Source: the human T2T-CHM13v2.0 reference genome, Homo sapiens. Taken from it: 64,000 nucleotides of DNA. A program made the position numbers and the translations under genes. The notes beneath the pieces are model-generated. The model was not told the origin of the DNA and ran no database searches. It saw only the letters and a list, made by a program, of their open reading frames with translations. Location: assembly GCF_009914755.1 (NCBI RefSeq), contig NC_060938.1, one strand, 5' to 3'. Position 1 is the stretch's first letter, and each line of letters begins with the position of its first letter. Shown in pieces: positions 1 through 17,310 of this stretch.

Positions 1-296
1 TTTGTGAGTATCCTGTGAGTGCAACTTAAAACTTGTAGTTTTTTGTGACACCTTATGTAACTTATATTAGCTGCCATTGACACTTCAACGGTAGTCCTTC
101 AACTGTAGTTCTTTTTTTTTCACATGAGTTGCATCTAAGGTCTAAACAGGAGAGACCCATAGATTAAAAAACTGTTAGGAAACTATGTGAGTCGTATGCT
201 GTGTATGATCTAAGTCCAATGTGGAGACATTAAGTGGTCTTGTAACAGGCATATCCACTTGGTTTGCTAGGACCAAAGCAAAGCAGAAAAGAAAGC

Positions 297-677
297 TATG
301 TTAGTTTGTTCTTGCACCGCTATGAAGACATACCTGAGACTGGGTAATTTATAAAGAAGAGGGGCTTAATTGGCTCACGGTTCTGCAGGCTGTACATGAA
401 GCATGGCTGAGGAGGCCTCAGGAAACTTTCAATTGTGACAGAAGGTGAAGAGGAAGCAGGCACATCTTACTTGGCCGGAGCAAGAGGGAAGAGAAAGGGG
501 GAAGAGCTACACACTTTTATCAAACAACCAGATATCATGAGAACTCTCTATCACGAGAACAGCAAGGAGGAAGTCCACCCCCATGATCCAATCACCTCCT
601 ACCAGGCCCCTCCTCCAACATTGGGGATTATAATTTGAGATGAGATTTGGGTGGGGACATAGACCCAAACCATATCA
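297..677 (-). mobile_element. MaLR solo LTR, MST family (MSTA-like)
   Basis: Typical antisense MST text (atacctgagactgggtaatttataaag...gagatttgggtggggaca...ccaaaccatatca) with near-TSD aaagc/aaggc. Confidence 0.8.
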
Positions 678-1920
678 AAGGCCAAGAAACGGTTATTGCC
701 CAGTTTCTTTATATATTCCCATAATTTTGTCCTAATACTTTGCAGTTAGCATACAATGTGGCCAGTGAGTCTTGGACTTTCATTAGGATCCATTTCTTTA
801 GACTCATCATCTAAAAAGATCTTCTATTACACGTGGCGCATTTTGAGCAAGAAACATGCAAAGTAGAAAGGAAAACAAGGAATACAGAAGAATTTCTCAC
901 ATTTATGATAACTACTTCCTATAGAAATGGTGATTATGAAGTAGCTGGTGTAATAGTCACCTTTTCCTATTTCTTTTGGCTGTATTCGTTTGTTATGAGA
1001 AAACACGAAAGATGCTTTTTATAGCCCTTTTCTTTCCTTATCGTTAGCTTAGTGAAATTGGCAAAAGATTTCTGCTCTGCAAGTACAGAGACAGAGTGAA
1101 TTACATCCTTTCTGGATTTTTTTTCTCATTTTCCTTCTAGTGTCTTTTTTCCCCATCCACAAAGATGTAAGAATTCCAACTCATATTGTATCACTCTTTT
1201 TCCAACTATATATGATATCTTTGTATTTTTTTAAGATTAATACAGTACAAGAGCTCAATCTTGTTAGTTTAAACATACCTCACAACATTTTCCTTATGAT
1301 TTAACCCACTGCACTTTATAGAGTTGTCATTTTAAAAATGCCTTCTATCCAACATGGGCTCATCTCATGCCCATAGATGTGCCTTTGCTTCGCAGTTGCC
1401 AAAATTCCATTGTTTTGCTTCTATTTCCAGCAACATAAGAGGTTATACTGCAGTAGGATAGCTCCCATCAAACCTTATAGTGGGCAGAAAGTAAACTGAC
1501 ACAGAAATCCTGAAAACCAGTGACTAAATGAATGGAAATAAAGTCTTTTTCAAATATTACCTACCTGTGCTCGTTTAGGAGAGTGGTTCCTGTGCTTGAT
1601 AGTGTGTTCCAGGCTGGCCACCAGAGGGCATAGTGAGCCACTTCTTCCAAACCTCTTGGAAAGAGCTGTGAAGAAGCTCCCAACTCTAGGCTGACGTACA
1701 GGATTGTGTCCTCCTGATCTCTTGAAGCACCTTTATACCTTGTCTGTAAGATAAAGTCTTTTTCTAGCAACGTGAGTCATTGAAACTGAGACACATTAGT
1801 CAGAGAATCGGTGGCTGCTGACCCTCTCCCATTTTGCAAATGTGGGACCTAAGGGCAGACATTGAGACCTTGTGGTGGTCAGAGTCACATTGCCTGGGCT
1901 CAGTCCCGGCTCTACGTGTG

Positions 1921-2319
1921 TGTATTAGTCTGCTTGGGTGCTATAACAAAATTACCTGGGTGACTTTTCTTGGACTTGGGTCGCTGAAACAACAGACACT
2001 TATTTCTCACAGTTCTGGAAGCTGGGAATTCAGGATCAAGGTGCCAGTCAGTTCAGTTCCAGGTGAGGGCTCTCTTGCCAGCTTATAGATGGCCACGTTC
2101 TCACGGTGTCCTCATGAGGGAGAGGGAGGAAGACAGACACATAGGCTGTCTGGTAGCTCTTGTATAAGGACAGCAGTCCTGTTGGATCAGGATCCCACCC
2201 TTATGACCTCATTTAACCTTAATTACCTCCATAAAGTCCCTCTCTGCAAATAGTCACATTGGAAGTTGGGGCTTCAACATATGAATTTGGTGGGGGACAG
2301 AAGTGTTTAGTCTACAACA
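1921..2319 (-). mobile_element. MLT1-family MaLR LTR
   Basis: tgtattagtc...ctataacaaa...tctcacagttctggaagctggga...ttcaacatatgaatttgg. Confidence 0.75.
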
Positions 2320-3250
2320 CTTATTCTGGGCTTGTCACTGGCTTGTCACCTAATTTCTTTATCTTTGAAATTGATTGCTAATGCTGTTCATCCTAGAGTT
2401 TACTAAAGGACTTGGTGCACTAGCCCAAAAACAGCACCCAGTAAACAATATCTATTGAAGCTATTATCCTTGTTTTTTGTGCTTAGACTTACCCAGAAGC
2501 ATGTAACTTTTAGCAAACTAAACAAAAGCCAGGTCTCTTGACCATTGTTCTTTCTCAGCTAAATATCAGTTTATAGAGTGGCAGTCTTCCTTCTCATTTG
2601 GTAATTTTGAAAACATGAAATAGAGTTCCCTGCACTTTCTTCTGTGGCCAGAATGCACAGATGCATGCTGGTCTGTGAGCATCTCCATTCCAAACAGGAG
2701 CTGTGTTGTAACTCACCTGTGTATTCCAGTCGCCCATTACTGCCCCCAGCAAAGTTTCACCCATGTCATGTGGTAAGGAGGCTGGGGTAGGTAGTGGGGA
2801 GAGGTTGCAGTAGTGATTGCCACGATTATAGAGTGCCTATTGCATGCAGGCCCCCGTTGCTCAGCATTTTACATATGTGATCTCGTTCCTGACAACTCTG
2901 GATCTCAGAATGGTACCGTTTTAAAGAGGAGAAAGCTGAGGCATAGAGTTAGATGTATTTTCCAGAGTCATACAAAGTTGTGAAGGCAGGATTTGAGCCC
3001 ATGTACTGCGTTCCTAATTGTGAAACTTTTACGGTTATTTAAACTCTTTCATAATCTGCATCTTGTGACATATTCTGCTTAACCAAGATCTGGCATTAGT
3101 GGGTATTAGATAACATGTTTTCTATATACATACCCTCCATTAGTTTGTAAAGGTGTCATTTTATAACATGAAAATGGATTTCATATGTTTTTATTTTCAG
3201 CACTTGCTATGCTAATATAAGAACATTTCTATTTTAATTTAACATCCTAA

Positions 3251-3577
<327 letters not shown>

Positions 3578-3982
3578 TTCAGTGTTTCTTTTAAATATGC
3601 TCTGAAAACTGTGTACCATTAATTTCTGTATAAGCCAAATATCTAAAACTTTGCATAGAGACTCACTTGTTTTACTAGTTTTTTGTCAACTAAAGAATTT
3701 AGGCTTCTCAGTCCTAATTACTGTAATTAAAAATGTAGTATATATTCTGTAGTGTATAATCATTCTGGGTAACAAAATTTGTGTTTTTTTTTTTTTTTTT
3801 TTTAATGAGCGTCCCCAGATGCTATTATAAAAGCTGTCTTGTTATTCAAGGGCTTGCCTGGTAGAGATCAGTAAAAATAGTTTTAAAAAAAAAAGTTGAC
3901 CTGATTGCTTTCTAATGTAATTTCCAGTAGATATGGATATTAGTGAGTTGTTTTTAAATAAATGACTTCTTTTTCATCCTAG

Positions 3983-4017
3983 GCAAAGTTGGATATTGCG
4001 TTTGGAACACACCACAC
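3983..4017 (+). CDS. TDP1: TDP1 internal coding exon (35 nt; ~exon 7) AKLDIAFGTHH(T), includes catalytic nucleophile H263 (4013-4015)
   Basis: ttttcatcctag acceptor and ac|gtaagc donor. Translation matches recalled TDP1 and joins the next exon in frame (ac|g aaa atg = T K M). Confidence 0.95.
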
Positions 4018-4280
4018 GTAAGCACTTTTTGTGAAATAGGGGAACCCCTCAAGCATTGTCATTTGTCCATTACACGGTTATTCTTAGGAGAGACTGAGCA
4101 TGGTAGGCCCACCTAGGATCTAGCACAGCGATGCTTAACTGAGCCTGGGGGAGCTATTCTTTTATTTAATGCTCTTATAAAAATTATTTGGTCTTTCCTT
4201 TTAATTTTATAGATCAGGAAACTGAGGCCCAGGTTTAGGTATGTGATTTTTCCTTGGGCCAGTAGTGGAGACAGGAATAG

Positions 4281-4599
<319 letters not shown>

Positions 4600-4715
4600 A
4601 TTAACTTTAGCTTTAAATTTGTTCTTGTTTGCTCATTGCTAAAATTTACCTTATTATTTCCTTTGGTCCATTCACCACTACCCCCTCGCTCCTACACACA
4701 TACTTTGCAGGTTAA

Positions 4716-5374
<659 letters not shown>

Positions 5375-5462
5375 CTAGGAAAGTAATTACAGTTGAACTT
5401 TTCCCAATTAAGTATCTGTAGTTTACATTTTGTTGAAATGACATTATCTTGTAGAAGATTGA

Positions 5463-5798
<336 letters not shown>

Positions 5799-7494
5799 GT
5801 ATTTTTAAAATGTTTTAAGAATTAAATACTTCTTATGTTCTTGACACAGCTCAAGAGGATATAGAGTTTTTATTCTTACAGCTTTTTCTTTGGTGAGAGA
5901 AGCAAGACAAACATGTGAATTAGAAAAGGAGAATCACCTTCCAGATCATAGTGATGGAGGGTAAACTGCCTTCCCCACCTCACAGGGTAGAGCTAGAAAC
6001 AGTGAACGAGGCAGTCTTTGAGACTGCATACACTTTGGCACACAAGCCCTGCTCTGTCCAGTTTTGGTTGGATGCCATGCAATCCCGTGGTCTGTCTCAC
6101 AGTGTTTTAGAATGGGAAAGCTCTTTGGTTTCCTCTAGAGCTGGGAGCAGAGTTAATTCTTATGGCTCCAAGAATCGATAGAGGGGAAAGAGAAAGCCAA
6201 AGCAGCTGAATGTCAAATATCCAGATCCAGGTGGTGGCCAGTAGCAAACCACAGGATGGGCGAGGCATGCCTCTTTCCACTAAGATCTGTAGTCAGGCCC
6301 CCACCATGCATCATTTAGTCCTCTTTCCCACCAAGGCCATGTCTCCCCCCACCTCACCTACCCCTGTACCAGTAGCATGAAGTGTTCACCGTTGCTGCCA
6401 CCAGCCCTGTGAAACCATGTGTGGTGAAAGGAGTGCCCTGGCATCTGGCATTTGTGATCCCAACAAGCTCTTCCGCTGGCCCACTTTGTGACCTTGGATA
6501 ATCCCTGTTAAATGTCCAGCTGTAGATTCCACAATTGTAGAATGAGAATAACTCCTCTTCTGTATTGCTGTGAAGACTTGGTGTGGTAACATACGACAGA
6601 GCTTCTAGGATGGCACCTGGTAGAGAGGTGCTTGCCATATGTTAGTTCTCTTCCCCCTTTGCAGGAATAGCTGCGCATTTGGGTTGGGTCCCTTTTGCTG
6701 CCTCACAGCTTAGCAGACAGTATGGCAGGTCAGCATTCTTCAAGGGAGATCTCATTCCTCACCCTTTTCTATCCATTTTTAACTGTGACCTTATTAACAC
6801 TACCATTTTGTCTATGAAAAGATGAATATGGCTACTCTCAAGTTCATAATTCTATTTGATAGCATTCATTGACATTAGTGTGTGATTTGCCTGATAATCG
6901 ATGTCTTGACTAATGGAAATATTTGTAAACGTTCTATCATGAATCCATAACTGACTTATTCTTAATTACAATCAGCTGCTGATTTGGCAACTGTGTATGT
7001 AAATTTGCCCAGATTTCAGGGAGCACATTTCACAAATGGAAAGAAGATGGCACAGCAGCTGTCATTTCTCCAGCTTTGCATTAATTTACTGTTTGCCAGC
7101 TTGGGTTAATTTCTCGTTTTGGCAAGAGCTAAATATCTCATTCTCTTGTCTCTTCTCGTACCCTTTTTCTTATCTTTTTATGATAATTTCATCCTGCCCA
7201 GATAATGTTCATGTTGTTTATTTGGAGAGAGCCAGTGGTTCACTTTTTTTTGCCATGTGTGAATTGAGTTTCATCAGTAAGTATTAAGTAGCATTTTGGC
7301 CTCAATAGAAATGATAAAATAAGTCAAGACAGAGTTACAGCCATGAGAAGTGACACTTTAGTTGGAGAGAGAGAACTTAGATTCCTGAAATATTGAAATA
7401 ATCCTATTGAAAACAACAGGGAGATAAAAATCATCCATTATTAGATGAGAAAATAAAGCTGTGTACCAAAGGAGTAATAGGAATGTACAGGTGA

Positions 7495-7809
<315 letters not shown>

Positions 7810-8739
7810 AGCAAAATGTATTTTTGCATTTCACTCACAATAGTCCTGAAGTGGGGTTGATCCTTAGAGATACAAGTGGAAAACTGAGGCTCGGGGACAT
7901 TGAATGGCTTACCTAGGGTCAAAGGGCTTCTAAATGACAAAGTCTGGAGCTCAGGTCTTCAGACTTCAAATGGAAAGCTTTTATCTATATCCTATTCCCT
8001 CTCTCTCACTGCAATTAAAATAAGAGAAATGTGTTCGACTAGAGGCCTGGGGAGGTCACATGGAAAAAGAGTGGACCCCACTAAGTCTGATTTGGGTTAA
8101 TGAAGAATAGGCAAGACTTACCCCAAGCCCAGATAACACACTTTTGACAAGTGTGGCATCTATGGATACAAAAAACCACTAATGGTAATGAAGCATCTTT
8201 TAAACTTCTTAAAATTTCAACTCATAATAAGAAATACACTTTACATTTCAGTGTATTGTGCACTAACATACCTTTGTGCCAAAACAAAATTTCATGAACC
8301 AGTAATTAAATATATACAGTATACCAATTTATGCTATTTTAGTTGTTTAAAAAATGCCAGCCATGATGCAGCAAGAGGTTGTTGACCATACTTTGAATCT
8401 CAAACACCAGACCAGAAGGTTCCAACGGTCCCTAGTAGTAACAGGTAATGCTGAATAGATAATAAGGGGCCAGGCTGGAGGGATGTGAAGTGCCAGGACT
8501 GGCACTAGGGTTGAAAGTTCTTTTACCACCAAATACTCAACCTTTCTGAAAGGTTTTCATCCTATCACTTAGGCAGACTTTCATCATGGTAATGTATAGA
8601 AGGGAAGATTATAAATGTTAAGTTTGGGTAATATGAGAGTTTAAAAAAATTCCTTTAGCTATGTATTACATTTGCATTGGAAAGGTATTACATATTTTGA
8701 AAGTACTATTAATGCTTTTTGATCCTTTGCTGTTTTTAA

Positions 8740-8934
<195 letters not shown>

Positions 8935-9887
8935 TAAAAATAACACACATGGCCTAGAAAAAGAGTTGTATGCAGAAAAAGTTACTGTATTCTTTTACTA
9001 CCTGCCCCATTCTACCTTCTTGGGGTAACCAGTGTTAACAGGAGCATCATCATCCACAGCTACCTCTGCTGTACATGTAAACATACATTACTATTTACAC
9101 ACAGTAGTCTCTTCCTAGTTTTTAGAGAAGTGGCATCATATACACTCTACAGCTAAGTAGAGGGCACAGCACATGCAGAGATCTGAGGCAGAAAAGGGGT
9201 TACAGAATGAAAGATCTGAACCTATTGTTTTCCTAGTAGGATTTACCAGATAGCTTTTGTGATTTCTCCTTACTCATGTACCCACCTGTATTTTTGCTTA
9301 CCACTTCCCAAACAGGAATCAAAGGAAAAGTTGGGGTAGGGCCTGGTCATGTTAATAGTGTGCTAAATATTTCCCCACTCCCCCAGTTGGTGTATTTTCT
9401 TTGAAACAAATTTAAGCTGGTGTCTTTTTAGAGCCTTTAGTGTGTTAATAAAGTTGTGAATCTCCAAGAGAAGAACTGAATACGAAAGCTTTTATGAACT
9501 TTTTAAACTACTAACCCTCTGTACTTGGTGCACATATGCTAGATCCAGGTTTTGATCCCCTTTTCAAGAGGGGTTTGCTTTTTAAAAGGGAGCTTTAGGG
9601 ATTTGCTCAACAAGTTCAGCTATTGTTCTTGATTATGACTAACTTTAATTTTCTTTTGTTTAAGCCATTTTGTACATCTCTGCCTGTGCTAGAGAAGAGC
9701 TGGTTAACAAACAGCCTTCTGTGTTGGGAGAAACTCGGACGTTTGTCTAGCACCATTTCCAGGTTCACGTTTTCTCTGTCATCCTCCTCTGCCTCACCCT
9801 GCCCCATATCATTGCCTAGCTTGGGCTAGAACTCCTAATTTGGAGTGTATTACTTTCAGCTAAGCTCTGCTGAGCCCAGGTTACATC

Positions 9888-10162
9888 TTTGTTTTGTTTG
9901 TTTTTTTGAGACGGTCTCACTCTGTCACCCAGGTTACAATGCTGTGATGCGATCACGGCTCACTTTAACCTCAACCTCCTGGGCTCAGGTGATCCTCCCA
10001 CCTCAGCCTTCTGGGTAACTGGGACTGCAGGCACGTACCACCACACTTGGCTAACTGTCTTTATTTTTTGTAGAGACAAGGTTTTGCCTAGTTGCCAAGT
10101 GATCCGCCTGCCTCAGCCTCCCAAAGTGCTGAGATTACAGGCATGAACCACCGTGCCTGGCC
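9888..10162 (-). mobile_element. Alu, AluJ-like, internally deleted
   Basis: Antisense Alu. TSD gttacatctt. Confidence 0.85.
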
Positions 10163-12673
10163 CCAAGTTACATCTTAGTTTGAGCTGAAATAGCTTTCCA
10201 GTTTCCTTCAACAGGTCTTGCTTCAACCTGAGTGCACTGCGCAGGACAAATGTAATCTCCCTCCCTTAAAGCAGTCCTTCAGAGTTTGAAAGGGAGTCTT
10301 GTTTCTGAGCCTTACATCTCTTGTTCCCTCCCCACTCCCTTGCCCCACCATAGCATGTGGCTTTGAGACCCCTAGCTGTAATTCCTGGTCGCTTTTCTAT
10401 AAACATGTTATAATTTTTCAGTATCCCACTGAAAATATGCTTTTCAAAATGAAGTGTGGCTCTGACTGGTCCAGGGTTGAGGGGATAGCTGCTTGGTCTC
10501 TAAGTCTCAGCTGTAGCACTTTCTTGATCTACTGAATTTATGGTTAACTATGCCTTTGGTACCCCAAGAGCTTCTAAGCCAGTTCTCCTGAGCTGCCAGA
10601 TTGGGTTTGGGGATTCATGTGGCCCTATCAAAAGGCAATGAGATTAATGTAGCTTGTTCTCATGAAACAATGTTACTAAAGGGATTTCTCAGGTTAGCTC
10701 TCAGCCTCACGTGGTTCCAAGAATCCCACCCTGGGCCTCCAGCTCCTTCTGAAGTTGGAAGCTTAGCTTACAGGCAGTAGTACTGTCTTGGGATTCTCTG
10801 GGGTGGTTGCCAGGAGGGAAGAGGCAGGGATAAGGGCTTGGGTGTTTCTTTTATTTAAAAAAAGTATTTTTTAATTTAAAATTTTGGAAAACTTATTGAC
10901 TAGGTAGGAACGGTTCAAAACTCAGAAAGTACCAAGACTATGAAATCTTCCTCTGGCAGCCATCCTGGTGTGGGATCCTATTATTTCATGCTTGGCCTAT
11001 ATTCTACTCTCTAATGTTTTGCATTTCATGTTATTTGTGGTAATTTTAAAACTTTTGAAAGCAGTTTTTGTATACAATCTCACTTCATAATTGGTCTACT
11101 GTGGTTCTGCTAATCCCCTTCAGCTGCCTCATGATCCACCTGTTGATTTCTCACTTTTTAAAATTAGAACAAGAGTTGCATCCAAAGCTCACAGTAAAGA
11201 ATAAAATAAAATTATTTGGCTCATTATAATAATTTTCTCATTTTGTGATGTGTTAAAAATGCCTCATATCTCAGCATCTTAGTTTAGAAAGTCATTTGTC
11301 TTGTTTCTCATCCAGAACTCACCTGTGAGTGAATCTCTGATCCAGGAGGAGCCTCACTCAGCCTGGGAACTTTGAGGTGCTATTGCAAGGGGAGGTCCTC
11401 CACGTCTGTCCAGCCCAACCTGGTCATTTTACACACGGAGGCAAAGGCCCAGAGAGATCACAGAGCTTACCCAAAATGGTATAGTCAGCTAGTCGATCTG
11501 GGTCCAGAACATGGGCTCCAGCCCTCATCACACCATGCTACCTCCTGTGCTAAGTGTCTCCCCAGGGTGGGAAGCAGGGGTATGAAATGCCCCTTGCTAG
11601 AAACTTGCAGAGTTGAGAAGATGTACGGCCGAGAGTCCTTGCAGTTCTGGATGCCTTCTGCCCTGGTGGCCTGCATCTTGCCAGTCTCCTTCAGGGGCTG
11701 CCAGGTGAAAGAGAAATTGGGCAGTTTCTCTTTCAGCTTAATAGATAGAACCCAGGGTGGGGAAAAGGAGAGTAGCCACAGAAGGGGAAAAAAGTAACAC
11801 CTGATACTTTTGACTGCTCCTGTAAGTCATTGCTTTGCAACAGCCCAGTGAGGCAGCCTTGTTAACCCCACTTTTTTGCATTTGAAGAAACTGAAGCACA
11901 AGAGGTTTGAAGCCATTTTAGTAATCTACTGTGGAGCAGTTTATAGAAGGATTGGGATTAGATATGATTGTTTTCTATTTATGGATATAATGTAGAAGTT
12001 TTGGCAAAGAGCATTGTTTTCCTCTAGGGAAAAAGAATTAATGAAATGAAAGATGTCTGTAATGCTTCTTCAGTGAATTAAGTGTTGAAAGTTTGAGGTT
12101 ATTGTAATGTCACTGAATGTGATATATACTTAATCCAGGCACCAGAAAGTATAAGACATAAAAATATGCTGCTATAGGACCTACGTTATGAAAATGGGTT
12201 TGTTAATTGAAAATAGATTTTTCACATGCACTTTTGGTATAGATAACACAATTCTTATTTCACATTTGGCTGAAGAGCTGCATTGATGCAGACAAGGGCA
12301 AATTCTTGCTTGGGATTACCACTAGTAGCATGGATTTGCTTTAACCGTTAAGAGTAGAATTCTTAACTCTTGTCATCAAGTCTTAGAAAGCAATATATAG
12401 GTGCAGAGGTAAGAGGAGCAATAAGGAAGGTTTGGCAAGTGAGAGGGAGCATGGAGGGATGTGGGTTGGAAGAGGTGGGCAGAGCCCAGGTCTTACTGAA
12501 TCTTAAATTCATGGCAAGACATTCAGGAATAATTCTGAATGTGATGAGAAACCATTGGAGTGGTGTTCTCAGATTTATGTTTCATGTTTCCTAAGATTAC
12601 TTACCATGTGGAGATACCGAGAATTCACCTCTTTCTTAGGATGAAGGCATAATCGATACAGAGATCATTATGA

Positions 12674-12988
<315 letters not shown>

Positions 12989-13333
12989 TAGCCAAGCTTC
13001 AGGATGTGATGAGGGGATGAGCAGATTCTATCACATCTGTATCTTGTGGTTCTCAGGCATTAAAGTGACAGCCAGTGAATCCTCATGTTTACCTTAGCCT
13101 CCCACTGGGTTACTCTCACAATTATTGAGTTCTTTGTCTGGTACTTTACATCTTGTAGGCGTTCCATCATTAGTTGATTTGCTTGAAAATGAATTTGAGA
13201 GTCAATTCAAGAAAATGGATTGGCTCTTAGATCATTTCTTGATTATATTAGTTTTCATGTGTATTTTGTCATTTTTTTTGGTGCCCAAAGCACATCACTA
13301 TATTTTATAACTTGTGTTTTTATGTCTTTTTAG

Positions 13334-13412
13334 TGTTTATCTTATTGGTTCAACCCCAGGACGCTTTCAAGGAAGTCAAAAAGATAATTGGGGACATTTT
13401 AGACTTAAGAAG
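13334..13412 (+). CDS. TDP1: TDP1 exon (79 nt; ~exon 10) [26 protein letters not shown]
   Basis: tctttttag acceptor, aag|gtaaca donor. Hand translation matches TDP1. Confidence 0.96.
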
Positions 13413-13948
13413 GTAACAGAACTTTTACTATTTTAACATTTTTAAAAAATTTAATGTATATTCTCTCTTTTAAAATAATTATATATTTTGATGCAGCTTC
13501 ACAATATTTCTGCACAATTCTGGGCAAATAGATACTTGATAAATTGATAATTATAATTCTTAGTAATTACTGCTTTTTAATGTGTTTTGCCTCTTTTATA
13601 GCTGTAGGCTGTTAATGGCATAAATATATAGACCTTTTCTAGTTTTTATATTGTAATAAAGATAGAGGCTTCCTATTCATACACATACTGTAGCTTTGAT
13701 TATAGCTTTTGATTGTTCAGCATATCAAGTTTTAAGATATAAATTCAACAAACAGAAAATGTTGAGTAAAGACTACAACTGAGCTATAATATATTTTGAT
13801 TATTAAACCAGTGCCCTTAAGAAAACAAATTCAAAAATAATACTTGCTGCTGATATGAAAATGCACGAAGAAAGGTCATAAAATAAGTTGAAGATTAAAG
13901 TTTTTTTCATCTCTTTTTAGGTGGTTTACTGACCTTAATAAATTCCCT

Positions 13949-14278
<330 letters not shown>

Positions 14279-14439
14279 TTATTCCATAAACTATTTAAAG
14301 TCTAAGAATTTTCCCTTGGTTAATGAAACTTTTTATTTTAATTTCCTTTTATGAAATGAGACCACAGCTTAAAGCAGGCAAGATCTTGAAGACATCTTTA
14401 TGTCTTGGCCTAGAGAGGAAGTTCAGCACATTGGCCTGT

Positions 14440-14660
14440 GCCCAGTCTTGGAGGCAGATATCCATAGCTGGGTTCAAACCCTGCTTTGTTATCTACAAGC
14501 CGTGTGACCTCGACTTGTTCCTTAACATACATCGGTTGTCATCTATAAAGTGGACATAATAATAGTACTTCCCTCCCGTGATTGTGAGGATTAAATGAAA
14601 TGATGAATGTAAAATAGTACAGGGCACACAGTAAGTCTTCAGTGCACATACACAGTTGTT
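14440..14660. mobile_element. MIR SINE remnant
   Basis: ctgggttcaaaccctgc...gtgtgacct...catctataaagtgg...gattgtgaggattaaatga core. Confidence 0.6.
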
Positions 14661-15378
14661 TGTGGACAAATGTCTAATGGTTTAGATAGGCTAGATAATA
14701 GCACGTATTATGTGTGATCACCATCTGATACTGAAAGTTCAACTGTATGTTAAGAGTTTTCAAACCACTTTTTACACACAGTTGCTCATGTTGCACCACA
14801 GCTTTCTTCCAGGAAGGCCGGCCGGTGATTAGGTGCCTGTTTCCACTGAAGTGTAAATCTAAGCCAGAGGCTTGTCCAGGATAGGGTGGCCCTTCAGGGG
14901 CTGAGCACTGCAGTAGAAACTGGGTGTTGTAAGTTGTCGGTTCAGCTCTGTTTCCTACACCATGCTGTACCCAAGGTGGACATGGAAACTTTGGGCTTTT
15001 TGGGAAGTGTATGTGTAAGTATTAATGCCTAACCTGTGTTAAGGAAAATAATACATATTAAATTAAACAAAACGTCAGTCAGATGAGCTACAGTTTATTT
15101 TTCTGCTCTCTCCAGCCCTCTAGGTAGGCATTCAGTACATATTTAAGTGGATACAGTTTCCAAATGTTTTCTTAATTGTTTCTGCAGCTTTGCATAATTA
15201 TCAAAGCAGGAAATGCAGATCAGTCTTCTGCAGTGTTTTAGCTGGTATGTGTATGTAAATATTCTCTTTTATGTTTAGACCATCACAGCTGCCTGGAGCT
15301 CAAGTGTTAAACTATGACTGTTAAGCCTCTTTCAAATGATAGGAGTCAAAATATGTAATCCTTCTAGGTATTGTTTAA

Positions 15379-16742
15379 GTGTTGGTAGCAAAAAACTCAC
15401 TTTGTTTCCTCTGCTCTCACACTACAACAGTCAACACAGAAAACTGTGACCAAATATGTGTGGGGTTTTCCTCATACACTAAGCAGGGGACACCAGCTGG
15501 GTGTCCTCTAATTCACTTCAGTTCTTATGCTGTCTTCCTGGAGATGTATAAAGAAAGTGACTTTAAAGAAAGTGATGATATAAAGAAAGTGATGGTATAA
15601 AAAAAGTTATTTTTTATTCCAAAGCTGGCTTAGAGGAATAAGTACAGGCTTCCTGTCTTAAGGATACTGCTTTGCTCTTGGAGCAGAAAGTGGACACTTT
15701 TAAAAGGGGCCTAGCATGAATGGCACGCAGAGGAGGAAGCAAGCAGGTGGATACTTCCTTACTTTCTGCCTTCTCTACCAGGCAGTCCATTTGGTCTCTT
15801 CCTGGGCAGAACTAGGTTGTAAAGATGGCTGAAACTCTCCAGGTGGGAGAGTTTCTTAGTGGGCATACTTTGGGTTGTAAATTTACTGCTGTCCCTCGAG
15901 GCAGTCCCCTGGTGGGAGAAAGTTCTGCTCTGGAGCTTCTAAGCACATAGATGAACTTGCCCTGTAGGGAGTGTCTAGTAAAGGAAAGGTAAAAGGTTAT
16001 ATTGTATTTCTAAAGGTCTAAGTAGGAAGTGGGGAAGGAGTTGGGGAATAGTAGGGAAAAAATAATTGAAAAAATACATTTTTTTTAAAGAAATATGGGG
16101 GTAGCCTCAGATCCCATAGATTGAGGGCTCCATCCCACAAGACTGCCCCTCTCCCTCAGACACCAGTTGCAAGTCTGGGCCTCCAGAACTTCTGACTGAC
16201 CAGCTTCAAGTTGAGGTTCCCATGACCCTCTCTTTGGGCTTCATTTGCTAGAGCAGCTCGCTGAACTCAGGGAAACACTTAACATTTACTGCTTTATTAT
16301 AAAGGATACAGATGAAGAGATGCATAGAGCAAGGTATAGGGGAAGGGGCACAGAGCTTTCATGCCCTCTCTGGATGCACCACCACTGTCCAGCAGCCCGC
16401 AGGTGTTCAGCTGTCGGAAAGCTCCCTAAACCCTGTCCTTTTGGGTTTTTAATGGAGGCTTCATTACATAGGCATGGTTGATTACATCACTGGCCATTGC
16501 TGATCAGCTCAACCTTTAGCCCCTCCTATCCCTGGAGGATGGGGGGTTGTGCCAAAAGTCCCAATCTTCTAATCATGCCTTGGTCTTTATCGTGACCAGC
16601 CCCCATCCTGAAGTTGCCTAGGGTCTGCCAGCCATCAGTCTCATTAACATACAGAAAGACTTCACATTGGAGATCCCAAGGATTTTAGTAGTTGCATGCC
16701 AGGAAACAGGGATGAAGACCAAATACATATTTCATAGCATCA
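15379..16742 (-). mobile_element. MER21-family LTR interrupted by a nested ~550-bp LTR-like insert (~15545-16100)
   Basis: Right end is the reverse complement of the MER21 start (gaccaaatacatatttcatagcatca). MER21-like text breaks at cctggagat and resumes at agcctcagatccca. Confidence 0.65.
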
Positions 16743-17073
16743 AAGCTGCATTAAACACTTGTGATTTCAAGTAAAAAAAATCTAATTTCATATGACAAGT
16801 TGGTGGTTTATCTGAAATTTCTTCTGAAATGGGCCTTTTTAAACCTGTTTTTGCTTTTAGTACAAATCAAATAATTTTGGAAAGGAGAACTTCTGTCCAT
16901 CTACTCCATTAAAAATATGTTTTTAGTATTTAAAAAAAATTTCCCAAAGAAGAAGTATGTATGTGTGGGTATGAAATTGATCACTAGTATTTTCAGCTTT
17001 TCTTGTTAATTAGGCTTTCCAAGAGCAGAAAACTGTTTTCAAATATTGCAGCATTTCTGTTAAGATTATTTGA

Positions 17074-17310
<237 letters not shown>

